The position numbers were made by a program, and so were the translations under genes. From Octopus sinensis (Eukaryota), in contig NC_043005.1 in assembly GCF_006345805.1 (NCBI RefSeq), positions 80,228,001 through 80,292,000 on the forward strand: a stretch of DNA of 64,000 nucleotides. The letters run 5' to 3'. Below, piece by piece: positions 51,240-64,000 of this stretch (positions are counted from its first letter, which is position 1; every line of letters starts with the position of its first letter). The notes below the pieces were generated by a model. The model did no database searches. It worked only from the letters and a program-made list of their open reading frames with translations, and was not told the DNA's origin.

Positions 51240-51470
51240 GATCATGTGGTTGTTGGTGTTGTCAGTGGTAGTGGCGTGGTGGTTGTATGCTTAATAGCTC
51301 TGTTGCGGCGGCGGTCGAAAGTGCATGATGGTGGCGGTAGCGAAAGTTGTAGTAGCAGTAATAGCAGCAGCAGCAGCAGTTGTAGTAGTAGCAGCAGCGT
51401 CGGTGAAGGGTGTAATGGTGGTGGTGGTGGTGGTGGTGGAGACGATTTGTTTGTTGTTATTGTTGTTCGT
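51240..51470. repeat. Mixed GTT/GGT/GCA/GTA trinucleotide low-complexity tract
   Basis: Direct reading. Confidence 0.85.
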
Positions 51471-51921
51471 GTGCCATGCAAATAAATCCGCAATCTCTTC
51501 TGATAGGGCTGAAGTGACTTGACATTAGAGTAACATTCGCCATAGCATTTACTAATGAGGATTCTTTGAAATACAAGAATACCTCTTTGAAAGATTTGAC
51601 CCCTAATTTATGCTACTTAAATTTAATCCAAAGCTACGTGGATATGTGTATACATGTGCGTGTATGCCATAATGAGTAATACAAGCGTTCGCAAATTATA
51701 CGTCTTTCTATGAATAATTATAATATAATCCTTTTTTCTATTAAGCCTGAAATATTGAAGAGCAGGAAAAAATGGTATCTACTTCATCAACGCCAGAGAG
51801 GATAACATGTAAAGTCAACTTTAGCGGTATTTGAAACCGGAATATTAAGACCGGAAGAAAAGCCGCTATGTACTTTGTCTGGTGTGATGACTATGCTGCT
51901 TTAATAAAATATAACTACCAA

Positions 51922-52289
51922 GGCGGCGAGATGGCAGAAACGTTAGCACGCCGGGAGAAATGCTTAGCGTTATTCCGTCTGTCTTTACGTTCTGAATTCA
52001 AATTCCACCGAGGTCGACTTTGCCTTTCATCCTTTCGGGGTCGATTAAATAAGTACCAGTTACGCATAGGGTCGATATAATCGACTTAATCCGTTTGTCT
52101 GTCCTTGTTTGTCTCCTCTGTGTGTATCCCCTTGTGGGTTGTAAAGAAATAATTATTTCGTCTGTCTTTACGTTCTGAGTTCAAATCTTGGGGTCGATAC
52201 AGCAAGAACCAGTTGTGTACTGGAGTCGATCTAATCTACTGGCCCCCTCCACCAATATTTCGGGCCATGTGCCTAGAGTAGAAAAGAAT
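51922..52289 (+). mobile_element. SINE family A dimer (T1 then internally deleted T2)
   Basis: Junction aaagaaataa|ttatttcgtc. Confidence 0.85.
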
Positions 52290-52298
52290 ATAATATAA

Positions 52299-52345
52299 CT
52301 AGCTGGCCCCGTGCCGCCAAAGATGACGGCTAATTGTAGTATTTA
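52299..52345 (-). mobile_element. Possible Helitron 3' end
   Basis: Minus strand gccgtcatctttggcggcacggggccagCTAG|t (hairpin plus CTAG). The 5' end was not located. Confidence 0.3.
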
Positions 52346-53497
52346 TATATAAACATGGATGCTAAATCAAATTAAAATACTTGTCAAGGTTATCTAATGG
52401 TTGTTTTTTGAGATGTGACATCGATCATCGTTTGTTACTGAAAGAACGCTGGTTCACACATACAAATATTCACATACTTCCTTTGTCCACGCACACACAT
52501 ACACACATATACTCACACAGATTTGAAACGCTGTTTGACTTTTCTTTTCGGCGTTGAATGTTCACCATCCCTCTTCTATCGCACACACACACACACACAC
52601 ACACGCACACACATTTATATACCTCCCTTTTACATACACGCACATATACTCACACAGAGTTGAAACATTCCCACTACCCGTTTTCCATCACCCCTTCCTT
52701 TCTCATTCATATGTTGTGACGGAGAAAAACACAAGAGTATTACTATAGCGGAAGATAATGCATTTTTCTACACACACAAGGTTTTGAAATATAGGGGAGT
52801 GTGTTAGTCGATTACATCGACTCCCAGTATTCAACTGGTATTTACTTCATCGACCCTCGAAAGGGACGAAAGATAGTCATCCCCAATGGCATTTGAACTC
52901 ATAACGTAAAACCGGAAGAAATGCCGCTAAGCATTTTTTCCGGCGTGCTAAATATTTTATCCGACATTCTGTCAGTTCACCACCTTAATACAGTACAATA
53001 TAACATGATACGATATAATATAAAATAATATAGTATAATATAATATAACGATACTGCTTTCTTATTCAAAGTTTCAATTCCATTTTACTATTTACCTTAC
53101 ATTGGTAATTCTAGCTTATATTCTTTCCTGTGTTTTTCTCGTCGATTTTACATTCTTTGAAAATACTAATTCTATAAAATAAATTCTTCACGAGAGACTC
53201 TACGATAGAGTTAAGGCTTACAGCAAGGCATTTCAACAGCAACATTTAGTTCACTCTATCAACGTTTCCACATAAAAATGTTATTGGTTCAGCGTTATAA
53301 CACATAATCACAAAGACTATAACACTTTATGTATGTGAAAGGGACTGAACCCTATTCTGTCTATGGACCCTTTTGATTCCTATTTTATACTACAGAAACA
53401 CTCTTAAATTCAGTTTAACGTGTATTACTTGGTGTCAATGTTTACGTCGCACCAACTGCAAAGTTTATTACTGACTCAGTTTTACTGCAATACGTAT

Positions 53498-53795
53498 TAC
53501 ATACATATGTACATACATAGATACATACATACACACAAACATACATACATACATACACACATACACACATACATACACACATACATACATACATACACAC
53601 ATACATACATACATACATACATACATACAGACAGACAGACACACAAACATACATACACACATATATATACATACATAATACATACATACATACATACATA
53701 CATACAGACAGACACACAAACATACATACACACATATATACATACATAATACATACATACATACATACATACATACATACATACATACATACATA
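53498..53795. repeat. (TACA)n microsatellite
   Basis: Direct reading. Confidence 0.95.
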
Positions 53796-54481
53796 GGATA
53801 CTGTATAGGGAGATCCGTCGAAAGAATAACACCGAGAACAAAAAAGTAAGAACCCTCAGTATGATGAAAGCCATAGCCACTCATAAAAGAAAGGACTACT
53901 GGTGTAATGTCCTAGTGAAAACCTAAATAAAATGTAAACGCAATAGACCTGATACAATGATTTGGGATAGAGAAGAGAAACTGCGTACCGTTGTGAAAAT
54001 CAGCTGCCCAACGGATGTTAACATAAAGCTGGAGAACAGTGAAAAATTATGTACCAACGCTGAACTGTTGAGAAATTTTTAGTTACTCTATCCAGATTAC
54101 AAGTTCAGGTTTACACTTGTTATAATTGGGGCCCTGGGATATATAACGGACGGCCTAAATGTCAATGTTGAGAAATTAGGCTTCTCAAAATCAGAGAGGA
54201 GACAGCTGATTCGATGATTACAGCTCCAAGCCATTACTGGAACTGTAAAAATTTGTAAAACTTTCCAGATGTTTATCATTTAAGTATGTAAATGCAAGTC
54301 TAGATATGCAAGTATGTTTATGAGAAGACATACACAAAACAAAGCATACAAACTGCACATATGCACACAAAAATAACCTGTTGCTGATGTTGAAATTCCA
54401 ATGAAGGAGCCTTGAATGTAGGTTCGAAACCGTTTCTTTTTTTATTGGCAAGAAATCTTGAAATAAACCGAATGACAGACG
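53796..54481 (+). mobile_element. 5'-truncated R4/Dong-like LINE (RLE endonuclease domain plus 3' UTR)
   Basis: ILYREIRRKN...YWCNV...RNRPDTMIWDREEKLRTVVKISCPTDVN...LYPDYKFRFTLVIIGALG...LQLQAITGTVKICKTF (PD..xK-type RLE). Confidence 0.85.
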
Positions 54482-54723
54482 TACATACATACATACATAC
54501 ATACATACATACATACATACATACATACATACATACATGCACACATACATTCATCCATCCATCCATACATCCATACACGGATACATGTATACATACGTAC
54601 ATCCATCCATCCAACCATCCATCCATCCATCCCTCCATCCATCCATCCCTCCATCCATCCATCCAAACATACATACATATATACATACATACGTACATGT
54701 ATAAATACATACATACACACATA

Positions 54724-55199
54724 ATGATCAGCGGAAAAGAAAACGTCTTGGTTGACCTATTGAAACATTTACAACGACTCAACGCGGATTAACTGTTCAG
54801 CTTTATACCTGTAATTATTGTGGCACTGGGATATGTAACGGACTGTCTTAACAGCAGTCTTAAGAAACTAGGCTTCTCAGAATCGGAAACCGTAAAAGTT
54901 AATTAGGAGATTTCAGATCCAAGCCCTGAATGGATCTGTCAAAATTTGTAAAGCTTTATAGAACCTTAGCATTTATGTATACATATGTATGTCTAGACAT
55001 TCAACTATGTGCATGAAAATATATACACAAAACGAAACATGCTAATTTGTTCATGCACTGACTTGACATACTGCTCATATACAAACAAACATGCAAAGAT
55101 ACCCTGTTGATGTTGAAATTCCAATAAAATATCTTGAATCTGATTTAGAAACCGAATCTTTCTCTATTGGTAAGAAATCTTAAAATAAAACTGAATAAT
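54724..55199 (+). mobile_element. Second 5'-truncated R4/Dong-like LINE copy (different subfamily)
   Basis: [42 protein letters not shown], with a homologous 3' UTR ending aaatcttaaaataaaactgaataat. Confidence 0.8.
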
Positions 55200-55273
55200 A
55201 ATGTACATAAATACATACACACACATTACATATATTCATTCATACATACATACATCTATACATTCATACATAG

Positions 55274-55330
<57 letters not shown>

Positions 55331-56852
55331 AGGGGAGATTAATGCATTATATCTCCAGTTACATCGGAAATATATTGATCTATTATATGATATTAATAGG
55401 TAAGCCTGTATTTGGACATATTTAACGCCCGCTTGTTTTCTTTGAAAATAAAGACTTCTGCTTTGAATTACATTGCCTGTTCTTAGGCCTTTAAATATAA
55501 CTTTATTTCTTAATATCTATTTCTATATTGACAATTCTGCATATATACAAACAAAGATGTCCTCCCCTCTCATGTTCAAATTTCCACTTTCTCTTTACAA
55601 CAATCTTTTTAAAAATATTTAAAACGTCTTTTTTTTCTTGTCATTATTTCCTTTTATTTCTCTCCAACAGTTTTCTTGTCGTTCGTTATTTTCATCAATA
55701 AAGATTTTTCGTTCATAACTATTCTATGAAGTGATCAACAACAAACTGATCTTGCGATGACCAAAACGAAAATCACTGAAGAAAACAAAACAGCCTTCAG
55801 TGTTACAGATAACCTTTAAGAAAATTCAGATATCAAAGCCTCTAGCTGCCTCAAGAGCCCTGGAACACTTTTCTATCTATTGTCTTTGAAGTGGTAATCC
55901 TATACAATTCGCCTTCTTCAAAACAAGTCTTAACACAACTTTATACATTCTTTCGCTTTTACCTTAACAGATGCATGATTATAGGTGAATATATACACTT
56001 TGAATATCTTGCCTCGGCTGATCTTTTTCTTTATTTACATATATCGCTTTCAATTTTTCTTCCTTTCTCTCTTTACTATATCTTTCATACGTTTTCACTT
56101 ACAACACAATTCGCCACTGTTTCTAGGCATTCCGAGCTTCTTATAGTTATTTTCATTGAACAATACCCTTATAAGATGCTGCCTTCTAATGTGACAACAA
56201 TGGGTAGAACTTAAGGCTATATAACGAAGCTTATATTAATTCTCTGCCCCCACTTCATACATGATAAATGTTCTGAAATTACCCGCAACTGTCCATTCAA
56301 AGAGACTTTTAAATGCTTACAGTGAATTTCTTTTTACCTCATATAGAACTTCAAGGAAGAGATATGAAGCAAAAGAGACAGAGAACAATATATCTGAATA
56401 ACGATGCAAAGAGTCAAGCACAAAACTATTCGTTTCATGTTCAGAAATCACGACAGCTTCATGACAGATATTTAATCAAATTTATCTATATGTCTATCGA
56501 TCTCCCTCTCTCTCTCCCTCTCTGTTTATGATGATATAGATCTGATATACGTATGTACATGCGTCTGTATCTGAATGCATGTTTGTGTAAATAGATACAT
56601 CCATACATATATAAATACACACCTTTATATGCTATATATGTATATATGTATAAATATGTATGTATATGGTTACATAGTTGATGCTATGTAAACCAAAAAT
56701 CGGATATCAGACAAGAAGAAACAGAGGCGCAGTTTCAATTCCTTGTTGGAACTGCTTAAATTTTAAATGAAAGACTTGCTGACGATCTTAACTAATATTT
56801 CAGGTGAAATTTGAAATTTTATGCACCACTCTAAGATAGAATCGAAAAATCT

Positions 56853-56869
56853 TAGATAGATAGATAGAC

Positions 56870-56961
<92 letters not shown>

Positions 56962-56965
56962 TGAT
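56853..56965. repeat. (GATA)n microsatellite
   Basis: Direct reading. Confidence 0.95.
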
Positions 56966-57249
56966 AAAGATATCTTTTATCTTTCATCTCCAACATGTTT
57001 CTGTCATTAGACTGCGGCCATGTTGGGGCATATATATATATATATATATACACACACATACTCATACATCAGATATATAATGAAGGAAAGAAGGATATAA
57101 AGAAGGAAGGAATGGTGGAAGGAAGGAATATTACCTGCCTCTTGTCATTAATGTCCTTGTCTTCAATGCTGACTGGCTCCAGGTATGTGAATATATCAAC
57201 ATTGTCTAGCGTGACCCTATGATATGATAAGTTATTTGGACGACTTGTA

Positions 57250-57715
57250 ACTAGCGTGATCTTGAACCGTTTTTGTTGATCTCTGGTTGAAAATCTCCAG
57301 AGACATGACTATCTTAGTGAATAAGTCACTGGATTTCAGGCTGTGAGGTTGTGATCAGCATGATATCATCATTAAAAGAAGTTTATTTAGCCGAAGTTGA
57401 TTTGCTGACCAGTACTCCACCACCTTATTGTGAAGGTTAAAGCAGATAGGTGAAAGAGTACATTTTTGCCGGACACCATTTTTGATGCTCAACAAATCTG
57501 TGGTCTCATGTTCTACATAAACTAGTTCCTAATTTCCACAGTAAGTCGACTGTTGTGCCTTTCATCCCATTTATCGGTAACGCTTTCCGTAATAAAGAAT
57601 TCCAGGCTGAATCGAAAGTACGTCGATAATCGATGAGCACCATATGCAGTGGAGGCTGGGAATATTCACTCAACAGAATGATTAATTTTCTGGGATTCTT
57701 CACAAGCGTCTTCAT
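57250..57715 (-). mobile_element. RTE-like LINE reverse transcriptase remnant
   Basis: EYSQPPLHMVLIDYRRTFDSAW (the FIDY.KAFDSV motif) and FNDDIMLI (the YADD motif), followed by an IN..K-like segment. Confidence 0.75.
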
Positions 57716-57797
57716 ATTATGAATCGGTTCAGGACCGGATTGAGATCCATAGAGTGTCTAAGCTTTTAAAAAAATTGATGCCTCTATGTATGTAAAC

Positions 57798-58559
57798 TCT
57801 CTCTATATAAACGGCAAAATTTCTATCAGTGTGAGTGTGTGTGTGTGTGTGTGTGGTGTGTGTGTGTGTGTGTGTGTCTTTTATACAAATCCACAAGTTT
57901 TCAGTTAGAGGGCTCGCACTTTCTATGGTCATTCAAAACCGTCCAAGGGTGGTTGTGAAGATCTTTTCATTTCCCCAGTTACCACTGAAAGCCATTTTAA
58001 AAAATCGATAAACCGACCCCTTATGTTTCAGGTAACAAAAATCTTTAATACAAAGGATGTAACTCACTTAATCCAGCAGTTTAATCTAAAGATATTAAAC
58101 CATAGCAAGGGAAATAACTCTTTAAAACTCTGCATTTCCCCGTTGTTATGTATCACACCTCAATACTGTACCAGACCAATTTATCCAATTTAGGACCGGA
58201 ACTGTCCCGGATTTCTGGATTTTCCAGTTTCCCAGAGAATTTCTAAACGTTTGCTTAAAATCTCTATATCTATAAATGGCAGAATGTCTGTTTTTTGATT
58301 GGACGGAGATAATTTTACACTTGACATTTGGATGCGCGTGTGCATTTGCAGACAGTCTGTATGTCTGGGCATTTTTGTGTTATGCGAAGACGCGTTATCA
58401 TGTGTTTTGGCTTTCAAACGTGCACGCTTTTTTGATTTGAGAAATGCAAGGAATAGTTAATGAGTTAGACCAAGTGAATGACAAGAGAGCAGGATTTTCA
58501 TGAAAGACCAAATATTCTTGACAAGCATTAGACCCGACAACGCCTGTTCATTGTGCTAG
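57798..58559 (+). mobile_element. Two adjacent or nested non-autonomous Helitron-like elements
   Basis: 5' ends TCtctctatataaacggcaaaat (57798) and TCtctatatctataaatggcagaatgtctg (58261). 3' end gacccgacaacgcc...tgCTAG (58559). Confidence 0.6.
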
Positions 58560-59031
58560 GTTAAAATACAAACAATAATGAACCATGAAATAAATTTATA
58601 TTTTTCTAAATGAAACAAAACTAAGTGTGAGATGCAAATTGATGCTTATTTTTCTATACTTCCACTTTATTTATATCTGAAAACTGTTTTCCTTGTTTTA
58701 TTTTAATTTGCAAACTCTTTGATCAGAACCTCACTGTGACACCATGGGCACATCGAAATAATATTTCCGATCATATAAGCCACTTCGAAAATTATTTTAG
58801 CAAATTAAAAGTGATTTCTTTTGTCCTGAAAACCATTTACTATTTTTGTGATTACTCCCTTCCCTTTATGTTCTAAGCACTTAATGATTAATCCAGTACT
58901 GAACCGATTCTGCTGTTTCCATTTCTTCACGGAATCTCTGTTTGCACTTCTACAAGTGGACTAAATATTCAACAAAATTCGGGGAACCGGCCTTATGAAC
59001 TTATAACTCGGGAAGAGCCTTTGATACCTGA

Positions 59032-59045
59032 TAGATAGATAGATT

Positions 59046-59133
<88 letters not shown>
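59032..59133. repeat. (GATA)n microsatellite
   Basis: Direct reading. Confidence 0.95.
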
Positions 59134-59135
<2 letters not shown>

Positions 59136-59180
59136 ATGTACAGTGGTGCAATGAAATCTTATCTATATAAAAACGTATAA

Positions 59181-59583
59181 GGCGGCGAGCTGGCAGAAAC
59201 GATAGGGCACCGAGCGAAATGCTTAGCGGTATTTCGTCTGTCGTTACGTTCTGAGTTCAAATCCCGCCGCCTTCCACTTTGCCTTTCATCCTTTCGAGGT
59301 CGATAAATAAATTACCAGTTACGCACTGGGGTCGATGTAATCGATTTAATCCGTTTGTCTGTCCTTGTTTGTTCTCTCTGTGTTTAGCCCCTTGTGGGTA
59401 GTAAAGAAATTGGTATTTCATCTGTCGTTACGTTCGAGTTCAAATTCCGCCGCTTTCCACTTTGCCTTTCATCCTTTCGGGGTCGATAAATAAAGTACCA
59501 GTTTAGCACTGGGGTCGATGTAATCGACTTAATCCCTTTGTCTGTCCCCTCTATGTTTAGTCCCTTGTGGATAGTAAAGAAAT
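59181..59583 (+). mobile_element. SINE family A dimer (T1, T1)
   Basis: Junction aaagaaattg|gtatttcatc. Both units share the private variant cc(g/t)..ttccactttgcc. Confidence 0.9.
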
Positions 59584-60354
59584 ATATATATAAACGTATG
59601 CCTATTGACTAATATTTCGATTAAAATTGCTTTTATCAATGTTATTATTTTAAACATGATTTTGTTTTTCTTCTCGATTTGCAGCGTATAAACTAATATG
59701 CTTTGGACATATTTTAAATGCAAAGAAATGGCTAAACAGAACTATTTTGGTACACTGAACCGTGTGTACAAACATTTACGATATTTTGATAGTAGAGTGA
59801 TACCTCACAGTACGAGTTTAATTCGCTCCACGACCGAGCTCGTCTTACGATTTACTCGTTTTATAAATCAATTTTTCCCATTGAAATTAACTAAAATATA
59901 ATTAATCCGTTCCAGCCCGCAAAAACTATTAAAAAATAATTTCTTATGTATTTTAAAACGGAAAATGTGTAGTTACAAGTAAGATGGCAATTATAAAAAG
60001 AGAATGCAACTGAAATATGTACATTGGTTTTATTAATTGAATTACATTAAAGATGGGACGATCTGTGTGCTCGTACTGCGGATTTCTGCTCGTAATTCAA
60101 GACTAAAATTTGCTCGAGTCTGGGCTTGTTTCAGCAAATTTCTCGTACAATGGTGCACTCATACTGCGAGATTCTACTTTATATATCGTTTTCTTTTTCA
60201 AACCGCTTGCGGATGGTGTAGTTAGAATGGGCCGAGATGATGGTGATGGCATAGGAACGAAAACGGAAAGAAAAGGGAACGGAGAGGAAGAAGGACAGTG
60301 GATTGAGCATCTCTTTCTTTCTCCCTCCATCTCTCTTTCTCTCTCTCTCTCTCC

Positions 60355-60363
60355 CTATATATA

Positions 60364-60402
<39 letters not shown>

Positions 60403-60406
60403 ATAT

Positions 60407-60458
<52 letters not shown>

Positions 60459-60469
60459 ATATATATATA

Positions 60470-60567
<98 letters not shown>

Positions 60568-60590
60568 ATATATATATATATATATATATT
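60355..60590. repeat. (TA)n microsatellite
   Basis: Direct reading. Confidence 0.95.
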
Positions 60591-61210
60591 CTTTTGCTTT
60601 TTGATTTATTTCAGTCATCAACTTACGGCCATCCTGGGGCACCGCCTTGATTTTTTTATTTGAATGAATCCACCTCAGTATTCCTTCCTTGCTTTTAATA
60701 TTGGTACTTATACTATCGGTCTCTTTTGCCGAATCACTATATATATGTGTATGTGTGTGTGTGTGTGCGTGCGCGCGCATGTATGTGTTTGTATGTCTGT
60801 ATACACACACAAGCATATATATATATACGTACACATACAAATAGACACACGCACGTACACACACACTCACATACATACACTCACACACGCACACACACAC
60901 TCAAACACTCGCACACACAAACGCACGCACACTCACATCTATCTATCTATCTATCTATCTAGCAATCAATGTATCTATCTATCTGCCTGATTGTTTATCT
61001 ATTAGTTAGCATCTATGTGTGAGTGCGTGTACATGTGTGGGTGTGTCTGTCTGATTGTATATACACACACTCATATATATACACATACAAATAGAAACAC
61101 GCACGCACCCACTCACACGCACACTCACACACGCACACACATATATACAAGTGAACAATGAGAATCAGTAATCCACCGTATTTTTAGTTATATATTTCTT
61201 CTTTTGTGAA

Positions 61211-61515
61211 GGTGCGTGTCTTATTGGTTAGGGTGTCATACTACCGATCGCAAGCTTCCGATTTCAATTCCTGGTGGCCGGTTGTGTCATTAAGCACTGT
61301 ATTTCTCTTCGACCCAGTTCACCCAGAGGGCAAAGGTATGTTGAACCTGTAATTCAAAGGTCTACTTTGTGTAACGCTGTGTTTTCGTGAAATTTACGTG
61401 AAAGGTACACGCGACTGTGAAGTGCTCAGCCACTTGCATGTTAATTTCATAAGCAGACTGTTCCGTTGATCGGATCAGCTGGAACAATCATCGTTGTCAG
61501 AGACGGAGTGCCACT
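61211..61515 (+). mobile_element. Degenerate tRNA-SINE (family F)
   Basis: tRNA-like head (attggttagggtgtc..atttcaattcc) and cccagttcacccag central motif. Confidence 0.55.
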
Positions 61516-61569
61516 TTAATTGTTGATACATACACACACACATACACAGACTCATACATAGATGCTTGC

Positions 61570-61570
<1 letters not shown>

Positions 61571-61640
<70 letters not shown>

Positions 61641-61645
61641 CAGAC

Positions 61646-61726
<81 letters not shown>

Positions 61727-61835
61727 TATTGAGATATAGATTGATAGATAAATTGAGAGAGATTCGGTTGAGAGTAAACGTGATAAATGTTGTCCTATTT
61801 TTAAAAAAGAGATAGATAGCTAGATAGATTGAGAA

Positions 61836-61916
<81 letters not shown>

Positions 61917-62170
61917 GATAGTTTTATAGATAAATAGTTAGATAGATATACATGTAAGCATATACATACATACGCACATATATACATACATACATGCATA
62001 CATACATATACACACACGTACATACACACACATACATACATACACACAAACATACATATATAAATACATAAATATACACACACACATAGACATGCATACA
62101 TACATACATACATACATACATACATACATACATACATACATACATACATACATACATACATACATACATG
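61571..62170. repeat. (GATA)n and (TACA)n microsatellite block
   Basis: Direct reading. Confidence 0.95.
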
Positions 62171-62949
62171 AACACACGCATGCATATATTCTAGGTGTAT
62201 GTGTTGCGTGTCGCAGATCGGCGGGTGAAAAACTTTTTCCTTAAATAGTTGTTTATCAACAGCTTAGGGCAGGACGTCTCTCATGTCTATTAATTTTCCC
62301 ATTTATTGCAATAATCAAATAACAACAGTAATTTTAACATGAAAATTACATTTACTCAAAAGGTGAGTAGTTTGCTTTGTTAGACTTTTGTTTTGCATGT
62401 TTGTGTTGTTTTCATATGTGATGTTTGGGTATATTTAGCATCCATTATCATTGCCTTTTTATTTTCGTCGTTTGTCGTTTGTTATCTCCCTTATTCGTTC
62501 ACTCTCTAATCGGCTTTTTCTCACTCCACCTCTGTATCTCGCTGTCTCTCTTTCTAATTTCTTTATATATATGGATGTTTTAAATTGCCCGTCTTCCTAA
62601 GCGTAGTATTGCTAGCACTAAATGCCAAACACAATCTACATAATTTGATTTGCCTATGAATCGAAAGACGAAAACGATAGAAATTCAGCCACAAACAACT
62701 GTTTTAGTATGTAGGGAAGTCCGTTATTGTTCATTGTATGATGATCGTGTATTTCAAAATACCCACTGGCTAAGTATAACAAAGGATACAAACGCAAATG
62801 GGGCAATCTGGATAGATACTATATAAACGCATTTAAACAGAGACAAATACATGCAGAAAGCAAATATGCACATAGATGATATTATACACAAATTATGCAT
62901 ACACACATACATAAATATGAAGTATTTGTGCATACTTTGCGTGTGCGTG

Positions 62950-62996
<47 letters not shown>

Positions 62997-63182
62997 TGGT
63001 ATGAGCCCGCGATTATATGTTTGTACATTTGTGTGGACGTAATCGTTGAATTCACAGATACGTATTAAAGTGTTTGTGCGTGTGGCTGTATGTGTGTATA
63101 TATATATTGATATAGCATCATGTGAGTGTGTATATATATATACATATACATGTTATATATTTATATATATAAATATATATAT

Positions 63183-63215
<33 letters not shown>

Positions 63216-63715
63216 TGTTTATATCTAGATATATAATATATATATATATTTACACATACATATACATATACTAATTTATATATATATGATTGTTTAGACA
63301 TGTGTGTACGTGTGTATCTGTGTGTGTGGGTGCAGTTGAAACATTTTCGTAACGCACTTGATATAGTACATATTTATTCGCTTTCCGATGGTCTTCGTTA
63401 TCTCACTTTCCTGTCTCTTTCTCTCTCTCTCTCTCACCCAGTTGTATGTAAACACGCACACACATACTCACACATACACATATGTATTTATATATAAGTA
63501 CAAATATGCATATCCATAGATGTGTGTACTTATTGAGCAATTTACACTCGTGCTTAAGTAACCGGTATCTCTAAAGATTTCAAGTGAATATATGCCACAA
63601 AGAATACGATGCCTTACTTGACTATGACGTTTATATATAGACTATATAACTATAGTTTTATAACAAGAGGATGTCTATTGTGTCTGTCATTGGATGATTT
63701 AGCTTCACTATATAA

Positions 63716-64000
63716 GTGCGGTGAGCTGGCTGAATCGTTAGCACGCCTGGCGAAAAGCTTAATGGTATTTCGTGTGCCGTTACGTTCTGAGTTCAAATTC
63801 AGCCGAGGTCGACTTTGCCTTTCATCCTTTCGGTGTCGATTAAATATAAGTACCAGTTACGCACTGGGATCAATATAATCGACTTAATCCATTTGTCTGT
63901 CCTTGTTTATCCTCTCTGTAGGTAGTAAAGAAATAGGTATTTCGTCTGCCGCTACGTTCTGAGTTCAAATTCCGCCGAAGTCGACTTTCCTTTTCATCCT
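63716..64000 (+). mobile_element. SINE family A multimer running off the window end
   Basis: Junction aaagaaatag|gtatttcgtc near 63935. Confidence 0.85.

Noticed and set aside
54385-54440. Hammerhead-like shape (ccaatga..gagcct/aggttc..gaaac) in the R4-like 3' UTR
   Set aside because: The core is non-canonical, there is no stem I, and the second copy does not preserve it.
62329-62368. ATG...AAG|GTGAGT (MKITFTQK) first-exon candidate
   Set aside because: A strong donor only; no promoter or downstream exon is identifiable.

Overview
AT-rich, microsatellite-dense eukaryotic DNA. The SINE families, (TA)n/(GATA)n/(TACA)n load and Penelope-type termini suggest an octopus/cephalopod genome; this is inferred from repeat style only. 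I found no intact protein-coding gene. Almost every entry in the ORF track is a translated microsatellite or SINE, and only a few weak candidate exons remain. Decayed coding transposons present: a TIR-bounded hAT (Buster/SPIN-like, 540-2850), an internally deleted mariner (8334-8899), RTE-clade LINE fragments, R4/Dong-like and CRE-like RLE-LINE fragments. There are also Helitron, piggyBac, hAT and Tc1-type non-autonomous elements and dozens of tRNA-derived SINEs. The most interesting layer is about 15 type I hammerhead-ribozyme (HHR) motifs, counted by eye, in short Penelope-like terminal repeats. Many sit in inverted pairs and the better-preserved ones have palindromic or near-palindromic stem III. 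They include: (1) a TSD-flanked composite of tRNA-like Pol III head, microsatellite and HHR tail that inserted into another HHR; (2) a young 450-bp inverted duplication with canonical GUC HHRs; (3) families with apparently fixed core variants (A6U, G17). Ribozyme folds were parsed by hand and none has been tested for activity.
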